Of a stretch of DNA of 64,000 nucleotides, positions 12,617 to 25,599 are shown piece after piece (position 1 is the stretch's first letter; each line of letters opens with the position of its first letter). The notes below the pieces were generated by a model, which had not been told where the DNA came from, did no database searches, and worked only from the letters and a program-made list of their open reading frames with translations. Source of the stretch: Octopus sinensis (taxonomy: Eukaryota); NCBI RefSeq assembly GCF_006345805.1, contig NC_042997.1, positions 174,468,001 to 174,532,000 of the forward strand. Direction: 5' to 3'. The translations under genes and the position numbers were made by a program.

Positions 12617-13701
12617 TCCTCCTTCCGTTTCTTCTCTTTCTTTCTCTTATCTATTCATATACATATATATGTTTTATCTATGTTGCGATAATCAATCACT
12701 ATCACGCTTGTTTTCTCAGTTTTTCTAGAAATTTGAAGCAAATGTCGTTCAAATCCCACAGGTTCTAAATAATGAAAGAACACAACTGATGATAAAGACA
12801 CGGGTGCACTACGTCTAAGAAAGAAACAGACGGGATAGTCACGGTTAGAACACTTTTGATCGTGTATTTTCTTTCTCAGTAATAACATAAAAACTGGTTT
12901 CGATCCTGTTCATGATCTAATGCAATGGTTCTTAGCATGCGCGAAACGCCTTTTTGGAGACGTTTTGATCTGACAAACGGGGCAGTAAACGCAAAAGATT
13001 AGGGCCGGAGGCACCAGGCGTTTAAAGGGATCGTGCTTTTTCTAAGATGTAAATATTTCAATAAACGGATTTTTACAAATGCTAAACGCATTTCAAACAA
13101 ATATATTCCCCAAAAGATATATTATACGAAAAATTCTCATAGGACATTGTGTTATCAGTGAGCAAAAATACAAATAACGACGCGCCTTTATTCAACATAA
13201 TTCAGTCATAGATATCCTCGTCTCCTTTAGTAATTTTTATACCAATTAAACACAAGAGGCACTATCTCAAACAGGTATCTGAAAAGAGGCACAGGTGGGG
13301 TAGAATAATAATCAATTCCACAGACTAACGTTCTATTTGATTAAAATAATCTCTCGCATTATTTATTTCACGGTTTATTTATGTATATGTATACCTACAT
13401 TTTTTTAATGTATCTATCTGCAAAATATGGGAGCTGGTGTTTGTAAAACGATATTTCATAAAAACTGTGCTATGCTACAGAGGAATGGCTGGCATTTTTA
13501 TAATGCAACTGACATATCAGAAGCGTCCAATCTTTTTTCCATTTTACCATTAAAATGAAATGCGTACCCAGCTCTATGTTATCCAAAGTATCACCTCCGG
13601 ATGTTAACTTTAAGAAATATTTGCCTGTTGTTTCTGCCTGGTTAAGTAACCGTAGAGAAAACCTCGTGGTATAGCTTGATGTTATCTGTTAATTACTAAT
13701 A

Positions 13702-15000
13702 CAGGGTGCCCCACAAAAAACACAGGAAATTTTAGATTTACAATATGTATTTTACACATCTACTTTACCATGTATTTTACTGTATTAATGAACAAAAAAT
13801 TAACTAACATATAAATTTCTAATTCCATTTTTTTATTCCAGGTTGCCGCAGTAATCAAATCTTCAACGCGTGGTGGTTGTTCTCTTTAAAAAAAGAACAG
13901 CCAGCTTGGGGACTGAAAAAATGCCAAGAAAATTTACCAGAATTCTTTAGCTCGATAACTAAAAATCAATTTACAGATGTTGTAGCTGTACTTAAAAGGG
14001 AAGGGTCACCTGTTGCTAAAGTTCGTAAATGTGGACCTGGCACAATTAAGAAAATTCATTCGCCTACCAAACAGGCTGTGTTGGACCTTGTTGTCACACC
14101 ACCAAAACACGAAATAAGACATTCCAGTCAGCGTCAAATTTGTCGAGAACTACACTTACCAGAAGGTACAGTCTTTCGCATTCTTCAACAATCCAAATTA
14201 AAGTGCCATAGGAGAATTAAATGCAATTTATTTTCTTACTGAAGCTCATCAAAAAGCACGTGAACAAAAGTGTCAGGCACTGATAAATCGTTTCGAAGAA
14301 CACGATAAGCGTGGTTTTCCGATGAATCAAACATCAGTCTTCATTCACCTTTGAACTCCGAAAATGATCGCATTTATCGTGCTGTACAGGTTAAAACAAA
14401 CATTTCTGAGAATGATCTCAAGGTGGAAATTGATAAACAATAACCATCACTTATATGCTATGGTGCAGCCGCCTGGCATGGTAAAGCAGACTTGCGGTTT
14501 ATTGAAGGAGATGCTGTTGAGCAAGAACATTTTCTATCGTACAGAAGAAAGAAAATAACAGTAAATCAGCTCGTGTATAGAGAGGAAATGTGCACCCAAA
14601 TGTTCCACAACATAAACCAAGTAATGGGAGGAGATGAATGAACATGGCAAGATGGAGCAAAGGCCCATACAACCAAGGACAGTTGCTTGACTCAGAGCCA
14701 ATGCTCCTGACTTCATTGAACCTAACGAATGGCCCTCAAAAGTCCAGATCTCAACATAATGGATTTTACCAAGTGGAGTTTACTGTTACATCAACTTCAA
14801 TTACAGAGGTGAGAGGTCATAGACATACAATCCTCAAAATCTATGTTGGTGGGAAGCTTGGAACAACATCCCGCTTGAAGTCATCCAAAGGGTAACTGGA
14901 AGTTGGTTAGACCATCTACGTCAATGTGCAGCTGCTCACAGAAGGAATTTTGAACACCAATTCTAACATTTGTGTTTTTCTTCTGTTTTAATAATTTAAA
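13702..15000 (+). mobile_element. Tc1/mariner superfamily DD37D (maT-type) element, transposase pseudogene, right TIR missing
   Basis: Left end TA|CAGGGTGCCCCAC. Frameshifted transposase: SQRQICREL..TVFRIL, VFSDES, NSENDRIY, WQDGAKAHT..W/LRANAPDFIEPNEWPSKSPDLNIMDF (37 residues between the last two Asp after frameshift repair), ending AWNNIPLEVIQRVTGSWLDHLRQCAAAHRRNFEHQF* at 14966. Confidence 0.85.
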
Positions 15001-15458
15001 TCGAGTGTTCTCGCCTCAGACTGTGAAGAAATGGTTACTCAGATTTCTTGAATAAAGAACTTGTAAAGAAACTTACGAAGTTGGCCTTATTCTATGAAGG
15101 GAAGATAGCGGATATGTATCGTCGTCATGAGAGATCCACCTGATGGAATCAAGTACTCTACAAGTAATCTCAGACTTTAAGAAAAACAAAAATGGTCTAT
15201 GGCTTTGTCCAGAATGTGTGAATGTCTGAGCTTGCTTGATATTTATGTGTGCGCGGAAGGGAGTTTGTGTATGTGTGCGCGCGCGGTTTTGTAGTTCAAT
15301 GTCGAGGATCAATCTTGGCATAGAATAGTGTACAGAATACAAACCAAATATAAGAAACAATAATAAACATGCAATAATAATAAACAATAATAAACATACA
15401 AAGCAAATATCTGAAGCAATAATAAACATGCAATAGTGTGGTATTCGATGATTTATAG

Positions 15459-15546
15459 AACATACATGCGTTTCAGAAAAATGCAGTAATTATTGCATAG
15501 CAGCTGCAGAAACATTATGCAATCTTTCACTCACCTCATCAGTGTC
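15459..15546 (-). ncRNA. Candidate type I hammerhead ribozyme with long stem II
   Basis: GACA-CUGAUGA-GG...CU-GAAAC-GCAU-GUA-UGUU. Stem I has 4 bp, an inner stem II hairpin UUGCAUA/UAUGCAA is present, and the stem II closure is weak. Confidence 0.4.
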
Positions 15547-15659
15547 ATTGTAGAACATACGTGCATGTTAACATGTATGTTGTACAAAACACTGTATACG
15601 ATACTTGTTTTTTTCTTTTATTGATAATGTGTATGTGTTTGTGTGTGTACACCCGAATT

Positions 15660-15677
15660 TTTGATAGATAGATAGAT

Positions 15678-15730
<53 letters not shown>

Positions 15731-15779
15731 TAGAAAGATAGACAGGCAGATAGATAGATAGAAAGATAGACAGGCAGAC

Positions 15780-15862
<83 letters not shown>

Positions 15863-15870
15863 TAGATAGA
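15660..15870. repeat. Compound (GA)n/(GATA)n/(GACA)n microsatellite
   Basis: Directly visible. Confidence 0.95.
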
Positions 15871-17159
15871 TAGATTTCTTTATTGGCCACGCAGGGCTGA
15901 ACACAGAAGATAGATAGATAGATAGATACTATTTTATTAAACTTTCTGATAGAGAAATTAAAGGCAACAGATTAATGAACTTAAAAACAGAAAGATATAC
16001 GAATGTGCAAATGATAGAAAACTACGACCTTATGATTGTGGGCTAGGAAGAAACCAGAGATAAAAATTACAAGTCCCTTTAGATTATACAAACTGATTAT
16101 GTTTGATATTGTGAATAAATTATACTACCCTACTGGATAGTTTGTTAAGTTATTGACAGACGTTCTAAACAAGCTAAGGAAATAAGTACATGTCAGAGGG
16201 ATTAAGAAATATATTTTTTTATAATCAAATTAGCGACAATTAAATTTTTAGAGGTATTAATTTTCGATATCAGATTTAGAAATACAAGCCGTCGTCTTTG
16301 TTTTGGAGGCGGAGCTGATGGTGGTGGGTGATGTTTTTTTTGTTTTTTGTTTTTTTAGGTTAACCTTACCCGAAGCAAACCGATTATCAAAGACATTCTT
16401 GCTGTGTCTACACCGTCATTGGGAAGTACATCTAGGATTAAAGTATCTAATGTTTTTCTTTTTAATTTAACATAATTTTGCCTGATTTGAGAGAGAGAGA
16501 GAGAAATACTTTGCTGCTATTTATTTTCGATAACATGTGAAAGTCGTGGGTATTATTACTTCCTTCAGACCCAACAGTAAATAAGGTCGAAAGAAAGATG
16601 TTGATTAACCATCTAGAATTTCATGGAGAGAGGAAAGAGAACAGACTGGGTAACCATGAAAAATAATATCTTTCGGTTTGTAGTTACGTTTTGATATGTA
16701 AAGATCTCCAGTTCGACTGTTCTCGATTTAACTCACTTTTGAATACCCCAAATTTTTCTATAGTTTTTGTATATAAAATGGAATATAATATGAAATAGAA
16801 TCAAGACTATTGAAAAGGTTAGAATATAAAATAAAATAAAGTCAAGACTATTGAAAAGGTTGCGAGACGCAACGAAAATTTTAGGAAAATAAAAATAAGG
16901 AGTAAGTGGAAATTTTACCGGTGAGTGTGTTATATTATAAGGCACAAAAAGAAAATGACTCTCCCCAGACACAACAGAAAATGCTTCAACACACGAACTC
17001 ACATAAAGAATCTTGCAAACCAAATCCAAAAACGAAATATAAAATAGAATATCCACCATTGCCTGTGGGATAAAGAAAAAAAAACACAAGCTATTGGTTA
17101 TTTAGTTGAATTCAAATCATGAAAATGTTACATAAACTTGTTATTTCAAACACCTCCGT

Positions 17160-17819
17160 ACGTAATTTTACAAACAAGAGAATATCCCAAGTATACTGCA
17201 GGAACGTGGCTGAGGTCTATGAAATGGGAGAATGTCCAACGAAGTTGGCCGTTGGGGTTAAAAATATAATTTGTGAAAGGGTGTAATATGATATCTGAGG
17301 TCAGCGACCCGGGTAAGATAGGAGTCTGCAAGACTGGTTCGTAGGTAGGCTGGAGGAGTAGGGTGTAGGTGATATTTTATTATAGTAGGCTTAGAGAGTT
17401 GGGTAGCAGGGAGAAGACCTAAGATAAACTAAGGGTTAGAAATAAAGAAAGAATAAAGAAAGTAAAAGAAGTGAAAAAAAGTAAATGCCTACTAGCCATT
17501 TAGGCGTAAGGCCGGGGTTTAAGATTCACTAGCTAAGGCTAAGGGACAAAGGGAGAAGAGCAAAGATACACAGAATTTAGGGAGATTCTGAGGTTGAAAG
17601 TTGGAGAGGGTACGAAGGCAATCGAATAATAAGATCTAACTTTTAAAGAATTCTAGTGTTAAGCGCGAATGATATCATATTACACCCTTTTACAAACTAT
17701 ACTCGCAACCTCAACAGCCAACTTTGTTGGTCATTCTCCCATCTTATAGTTGGCCTCGAAATACTTCAGCCGCGTCACTGCAGTATTCTTGGGATATTCT
17801 CTTGTTTGTAAAATTACGT
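17160..17819. mobile_element. Foldback-like element with long imperfect inverted arms
   Basis: 17160-17295 is the reverse complement of 17671-17819 with scattered mismatches (ACGTAATTTTACAAACAAGAGAATATCCCAAG ... CTTGGGATATTCTCTTGTTTGTAAAATTACGT). The spacer is purine-rich. Confidence 0.7.
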
Positions 17820-18297
17820 TTCATCTGATGTCTACGGTTTCTGGTAACGGAGTTATGTTCATATTTTTCTATTAAAAAATGTGCGTATACCTACGACGTA
17901 TAATTCAGCGTAATGCGTGCTTCGGACCAGCCCTTAGGCGCTAAATATTCATAGGGTAAGTTTTCTCTTAGTACACAACCGGAATATCTTATTTGATACT
18001 CACCAACCATAGGCCGGAACCACAGGTTTATTCAAACCTACCTGGTGCATATATTTTCAAGTACCTGCTTCTATCTGAATCCTTATTTAAATATATATAT
18101 ATAAAAAGTACCGGAGTCCCGCATGCAAAAAGTACAACCTATTACGTTCGGATGTATCTTTCGAATGCCTCTACTTTTGGCGCGCTGATAATCGAAAAAC
18201 TAGCCTGCAGCCAATAATTAGCAGCAGTCAATTTATCGGTTTGAGAACATATATTTCATATTTAAAAATTAGTACAGCATATTATGCTCATAACAAA

Positions 18298-18357
18298 CTA
18301 CGCTGATGAAGCTACAGATATCCTTGTGATATTAATAGCTGAAACTGCAGTACGTAG
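18298..18357 (+). ncRNA. Type I hammerhead ribozyme (canonical core)
   Basis: Stem I CUACG(18298-302)/CGUAG(18353-57); core CUGAUGA; stem II AGCUA/UAGCU with inner AUAUC/GAUAU; GAAAC-UGCA-GUA with palindromic stem III ACUGCAGU. Predicted cleavage after 18352. Confidence 0.9.
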
Positions 18358-18804
18358 GTAATTATTCCATTTAGTATATTTCTTTTGTCTCATCCATTGC
18401 TTTAGGTCGTGCTGAATTTTATTTTTATTTGAGAACATAATCCTTGTGGAGAATGGCGATTTGACGTCTATATCTAGCATGTTGACTGTCCACCTTTTCG
18501 TGTTCAGTCCTTAATTGGTATATATATAATATTTTAATCTTCGGATTCTTTTTAATGTGCTAGACCACTGGTTTTAATTGACTAATATCAATTTCTACCC
18601 TTAATTTTTAAATATGAAATATATGTTCTCAAACCGATAAATTGACTGCTGCTAATTATTGGCTGCAGGCTAGTTTTTCGATTATCAGCGCGCCAAAAGT
18701 AGAGGCATTCGAAAGATACATCCGAACGTAATAGGTTGTACTTTTTGCATGCGGGACTCCGGTACCGTTTTTCATCTAGTACAGCATATTATGCTCATAA
18801 CAAA

Positions 18805-18864
18805 CTACGCTGATGAAGCTACAGATATCCTTGTGATATTAATAGCTGAAACTGCAGTACGTAG
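18805..18864 (+). ncRNA. Type I hammerhead ribozyme, second identical copy
   Basis: Identical to 18298-18357. Predicted cleavage after 18859. Confidence 0.9.
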
Positions 18865-19122
18865 GTAATATTCCATTTAGTATATTTCTTTTGTCTCATC
18901 CATTGCTTTAGGTCGTGCTGAATTTTAGTTTTATTGAGAACATAATCCTTGTGGAGAATGGCGATTTGACGTCTATATCTAGCATGTTGACTGTCCACCT
19001 TTTCGTGTTCAGTCCTTAATTGGTATATATATATATATATATATATAATATAAGTATATATGTATGTATGTATGTATGTATTTATGTATGTATGTATGTA
19101 TGTATGTATATATCTATCTATC

Positions 19123-19183
<61 letters not shown>

Positions 19184-19338
19184 ATATTCTTTTATTCTTT
19201 TACTTGTTTCAGCCATTTGACTGCGGCCATGTTGGAGCACCGCCTATAGTCGACCAAATCGACCCCATGGCTTATTCTTCGTAAGGCTAGTACTTATTCT
19301 ATCGGTGTCTTTTGCCAAACCTTTAACCTATATAACAT

Positions 19339-19436
19339 CTATGCTGCTTTGAGAAACGTTGCTGAAACGATGCGATGCTGCGAATTTGGATTTAACTCCT
19401 CAAGAGCATATACTTTTCCGTCGACAATCAAAGTGT
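19339..19436 (-). other. Possible terminal coding exon or orphan coding fragment (DTLIVDGKVYALEELNPNSQHRIVSATFLKAA*)
   Basis: Pyrimidine-rich acceptor ...TTTTTACTGCAAATCTATATTCTAG| and protein-like composition. No homolog recognised. Confidence 0.25.
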
Positions 19437-21103
19437 CTAGAATATAGATTTGCAGTAAAAACACGAACATGTTAGAGAATACTATAATCGAATGAATGAA
19501 CTGCTGTGTATGTATATCACGTCTCATATGATAGACCTTTTTGATTAGTTGTATATACATACAAATACACACAAATTAAACAGCTAACGGTAGATACAAC
19601 TGAATAACGGGAACACTCTTGGTGGATAGCATGGCTTCGATAATATATAAGTGCATGTTTAGCTATGTTCTAAACAATGCATTTATAATAACAGCTATTT
19701 TATATTGAGAGAATATATGTGGTTCTAACTATACTAAATTTGAATCTCGGTTCTTTGTTTCTTAAATCTGCAAGTTTATTTTCTGATATAAGCTAGAAAT
19801 GATTTCTGAGAAAGAATTCATTTTCATGTTTTATGTTGACGCAACGGAATTTTTCTCTGGATAATCAACAGCTCTGGAATGGTTTATTTCTTATATTAAC
19901 TGCTATATAAATATGTATAAAGGCTTCATGCACAATTCTAAGCCAACTAAAATTGACGGAATCCAGCTCAATCGAAAATATGATTTATGGTTAAACTCGT
20001 ATGTTATTTTCTAAATGAAATAACTTCTCTGCTATATTGTTTTATAGCAAAGCTAAATAAACATTTTTTTAAAAATATGTAATTAATAATACACGCTGAG
20101 TTCTTATTTATCACTCCCCCATCTCAGACGATTGAAACGTAAATATAAGTGACCTTAGAATGATTTGAACACAGATCTTAAATAAACAATATTAAACAGC
20201 GTAGAGCAAGTTATCTGATATTGATAACAATAAAAATATGCTTCTAACTTGGTTCTGAAGGAAAATTAAGTTGTTATGCCACAAATTAAGATATATGCTT
20301 TGAGGATAACATTGAAAAAAGGAAGAAAAAATGAAACACTTGTTAACTAAATGCAGCAACATAAACTCGCGAAAAGCTTTAAGATTTATCAGAAATGAAT
20401 TGAGACAAATGATGAAAGAAAAAGTCACGGAGCAATAGATGCCATATATAATAGATTGATAACTTATACTTCCATCATAGCAGAAATGCGTTTTAGTTTT
20501 CTGTAGAAAAACAAAAAGCAAAATACTAAAATACTCCGCTGCATTCTAAGTGATGAGATGATGTATCACACAAAATAATATCTACTATTTTCGTATAAAA
20601 TTGGTTCAAGATGTTATTTCAATGTTTTCTTCGTTTTCTTGATTGCATACACATTTATTTCTATTTCAAATCGAAAATACTTTTGATGCGCTTTTCTTTT
20701 ACATTAAAGTAATTGGCGTGCATTTAGAATGAGTGATGCGATTCGGGGTGACTTATGCAAAGGTGCTGTTGCTGAGATTGTGAAAGGTAGTGTTTGGGAA
20801 ATTTTTAAGGCAATGTGTGAGATTGTGTAAGGCAATGTGTGAGATCATAAAAAAGCCAATCAAGAAAATAGAAACAGTGAGAGTTTATAAGTTTGATTTT
20901 CATTTCATGGCTTTGTTGACAGAGGTTGTGGTTGTTAGGGAATAATAAAACCAGCAACAGTTAGTGGTGTATAGGCTTTCACCTTACTGCTTTGTAGAAT
21001 TAAATTCTCAAGTAGCCATGTGTGCCTAGCCGTAAAGCGCTACTGAAAGATATAAACAAATTTTCTCTGTAAACTGCGTTGTGAGTCATGGAACTTAACA
21101 ATA

Positions 21104-21467
21104 CTCTTTACTCTTTTACTCTTTTACTTGTTTCAGTCATTTGACTGCGGCCATGCTGGAGCACCGCATTTAGTCGAGCAAATCGACCCCAGGACTTATT
21201 TTTTGTAAGCCTAGTACTTATTCTATCGGCCTCTTTTGCCGAACCGCTAAATAACGGGGATATAGATACACCAGCATCGGTTGTTAAGCGATGTTGGGGT
21301 GCCAAATACAGACTCGCAAACACACACATATATATATACATATATACGGCTTTAGTCGGCCCGAGGCTATAGTAGAAGACACTTGCCCAAGATGCCACGC
21401 AGTGGGACTGAACACAGAACCATGTGGTTGGTAAGCAAGCTACTTACCACACAGCCACTCCTGCGCC
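21104..21467 (-). mobile_element. SINE family A (internally deleted)
   Basis: Reverse complement of 3267-3691, including the (GAGTAAAA)n tail. Confidence 0.9.
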
Positions 21468-23379
21468 TATACATATATAACTTTTTTTGACCGTTGATTT
21501 CTATATTACAAACGTTCTTCTCGTCAGTATATTATTTCCAGTAATTAAACAGAAAATGATAAAATGAAATTCGACTGTTGTAGAGGTAAGCATATTTCCA
21601 ATTATCAGGTATTTCTCGGTATTTTTCGTGAGGTTATCATTTTCATAATATCAGTGTTAGTGACAGAAACTCTAATTTTTATTCAAATACGAACTAATTT
21701 TCCATTTATGAACTACGAACTAATCAATCCTAGTCAATCACATAATTTCTCAATGAAAAATAGACGTTCTTATGAGATGCTTTGAATAACAACTGCATTA
21801 AGATGAGCAAGTGAACGAGAACCCTCGTCATGTCCTCATCGATAGACATACAAGCATGTGCTGCCGAATTCCTCAATTTCTTTTAAACTTTACTGTCATT
21901 TTAAAGGAAAAGAAAAGACATATTTGGCGATCCGGTTCCCGTAATACAAAATGGTTTTGTATCCTGAACGTCCACTGACACAATAAAACCGTGCACACGA
22001 CGCTCTACATACCTACCAACTTACTATTCTGAAGCTTTAGATGATTATTTCGTTTCTAACACGTTTAATCAGTATGGAAAATGTTAAATAAACTTAAGAC
22101 AATATGAAGTTCATCTTTAGCGCAACAAGCCTTCCATCACGATCTCTTCTAATTACCAAAGCCCTACAATGTAGTTTGGATCCAGTTGCACAATGATGGT
22201 CACCCTGAGTTTGATAATTTATGCAGTACTGATACTTGATCCACGACTTCATGCTGTCTATAGAGTTAGAGCATTTCAGCTGAACTGCTGTCGTTTTTTC
22301 ATAATGGATTACCTAAAATAAAACAGTCAGGTGTAGGAAAAGCGCTTTACATTATTTGTTCTTGCTCTTTATATTCTAGGTTCAAATCCTGCCGAAGTTA
22401 ACTTTACCTTTTATCCATTCGATAAAATAATGTCCTAGTCACGTACTAGGGTCGACAGTATCGACAGGTACGTCGCTTCTCAAAAATGTCGATCATGTGC
22501 CTAAATCAGGAAGCATTATTGGTAACTACTGATCGCAGAAGTAAGAGCCAAAATCAACAGTGATTTGAACTCGGAACATCTACTGAAGACACTAAACTTT
22601 GGCATACAATGCTCTTTTACTGTTAATTTGCTAACCGATTATTCCACAACTCTCGTTGATTATTTTGCTTCTAACACAGACTAATCATTGTATACAAGTT
22701 TAGACAGACCGAAAATTACACGTAGTTCATCCTCACTAGATCCATGATTTAATAGCTTTCAGCACTAAAGTTTCTTTTGTGAGAACCGTTAAATTTTTTT
22801 CTCCCCTTCCTTGAAAATCCTAAATAAAGTGTCAGAAAACGGACAGTAAAATTTGAAATTCTTATTAAATTATACGTGCTGTTGTCATCTGGGCTGCCAG
22901 ATTGTCATCAATTGGTGTTGTACATTTGGTCACCCCCATTGGTCATATAATTAAATCATATAATGAGCTACAGTAAAACAGACACTACTACTACTTCCCC
23001 TCAACCAGCGAGCGGCAATGTTTAAGTCAAGCACTATCGGATAGAATTACATCTAATTAAGACAGCGATCCGACCCTAGCGGTAGGTGGCAAGTTAATTC
23101 TCCAGAGTGGCAGGTGAGTTTAGTTCATACACTTAATCGTTGCGACATTAACGGGTTGGTTTTCGTATTTTACCCCGTCTCTTTCCTGTTCCTATATAAA
23201 TATATGCAATGAAACCCCTTAAATTCTCGGCGTTAACTATGATATGTAAAGTTCATAGGTTGACTAGTACTCATCGCAGTTATTTTGTCATTGAAGGGAA
23301 ACAACTGACCTCAAAAGGGACACGTATTGCTGACATTATCCATTTAAGATTCGATCTTTATATATATACATACATACAT

Positions 23380-23483
<104 letters not shown>

Positions 23484-25378
23484 CATATATATATATACAT
23501 ATATATATATAATGTAAGTTTGTATATATATCTACATGTATGCATATAAGTCTATACATATGTGTGTGTGCGTGTATATATATGTATAAACACACACACA
23601 CATATACATATACTCAGAATACCTAGTTACATGTACGTATGTATGTGTGTGTGCGTGTGGATGCACTTACGTATTGTGTTTAACAAATCTGTCAGGTTCA
23701 AATGTGAAGCAACGATTTTTGTCAAGTTATCAACACACACGCCACAAACTACCTACATAATTGTATAATTACATTAAATGAATCCTCACCCCACCTAAGT
23801 ATCTGGTCCTATTGTTTTGACATGCCTTTATCATTCCACTACTGAGTTTCTGAATCAAGACATTTCTACCATATATTGTGTCCGTTAACAGTAGTTATGT
23901 GCCTCCACAATCTGCTAATTCCGATTGTGATGTTGAATATATTTTCAAGCGCCGTCATCTGGTCTATTTTACACACCCGTTTAAACATATACTTCTCGAG
24001 TTCAAATCACATTTTTTCAGTACACATCGCAAGATCAGTAGTGATACATTGTTGTTCCATCACAGAGACTGTTAACAGGGTTTTATCGTTTGTGTATCTC
24101 TGTTATAGTCATACATGGTGTTGCTAGAGAATATGTATTCCCATTTCTTCAGTCAATTTAGTTCTGCCAAATTGATTCAGGCATTTCTAATTTGCCTAGG
24201 TTCTCTCGACATCATGCGTTTGCTAGTAATCTTACACAAATTACATCGTTGTTAATGGCAATAAGCTGTTGTGTGCATGTTTAACAACCAGTTAATGCAA
24301 TACCCTCTATATTTTCAAGTTCAATTTCAGGATAGTCCCATCCTCAATTTCAAGCTTTTCATAAAATTAATCACTGCATACCGAAATGAGAAAGATTGCC
24401 ATCAAGGACAGAAATCATCTCGAGCGCTAGATACTTCAGAAACTTGAATTTTTGTTCAATTCAAAATAATATTGCACAACGTAGAGAAGATTGTGATGCT
24501 CAAGGATTTCTATAGAGCAATAATAATGTGAATGGAGGCAAATGAGATTCGAAAATACCCTTATATGCATGGCTAATAAGGCCCTTGTCTTATCTTGTGG
24601 TACGCTACATATCTCTCACAGAGATAGTACTACTTTACAGAAATCAGAAATTATTGTACGCTAAACAGTTGTTGAGCCTCGCCAAAACAAAACTTCAAAC
24701 TCAAAACTAGAGTACTGCTCCCACATCTGCAATGGAACTGTTTCTACATACACGAGTATTATTGACCACTTCCGAAAGAAGACATTTTATTAATTGACTA
24801 ACTTTTCACCAGCACACCGATATGTTAGTTTATATATTCTTTCTCAACTGTAATGGCCACTCGAGATCGTATTAAGTATGAACCTGTGTAACTTACCTTA
24901 TAAAGTGAACGTGCTGAACATACTTTTCCTATTTTTGCCTTTACTCTATGTAACACCTTTTGCGGGCAATCTGTATTCATCGAGAAGTGCAACCTACTGG
25001 AATAAACCCACGCTTTGCCTGCAACAATGGGCTACAGATATTGAATCTAAACCTCAGCTACGTGTTCTTCAATGGTGTAAGACGAACTACAATAGTTATA
25101 AGCTTTGAACCGCTTCCTTAGACTGAACGATAAGTAACACTATAACCTTCACAATTTAGCGTACACATAATTTTAAAATTAAGAAAAGAAGGAATAAAAC
25201 CATGAAACACCTATTTGTAAAAGAACTAGATGTGTAAGAAAAGGTTATGGGATGTTTATATAAATACGATAGATTTTCATATAAAACATTGCAAAATTTT
25301 AGTTTTCTTGTCTGTGTGACTTGAGACAGTGAATGAAATATAACAAATTTGGAGTAGTCAATAATAATTCATGATGTA

Positions 25379-25599
25379 CGAAGAGGTGCTGAAAAGTTCC
25401 TGGCTTTGGGTAAAAGAAAATACAGGAAGATCAGTTAATTAGGATTTTATTCAACATATTCCATCCTCTCTCAGATTCATACACTTATTGTAGCAGTCCT
25501 TTAGTTTGACTAAGCTCTGCAAAAGAACTCGAAATTTGGGGCTTCCAACCACGCCTTTCGATACACCGTTAAAGCCAGGAACATTTCAGCACCCCTTCG
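25379..25599. mobile_element. Mariner-derived MITE (TIR CGAAGAGGTGCTGAAAAGTTCCTGGCTTT)
   Basis: Inverted ends GTGCTGAAAAGTTCCTGGCTTT / AAAGCCAGGAACATTTCAGCAC. Related copies occur at about 29517-29712, 37231-37445, 46935-47104 and 51108-51272. Confidence 0.8.

Larger units (their letters stand above)
18108..19030 (+). mobile_element. Hammerhead-bearing non-coding element: inverted 5' arm plus 1.5 tandem units (507-bp period), flanked by (TA)n
   Basis: 18108-18271 is a perfect inverted copy of 18602-18765, and 18270-18528 is repeated at 18777-19030. Both outer junctions fall in TA runs. Confidence 0.85.

Noticed and set aside
12785-12850. CTGATGA...GAAAC pair
   Set aside because: Stem II does not close onto GAAA and stem I strands are not complementary.
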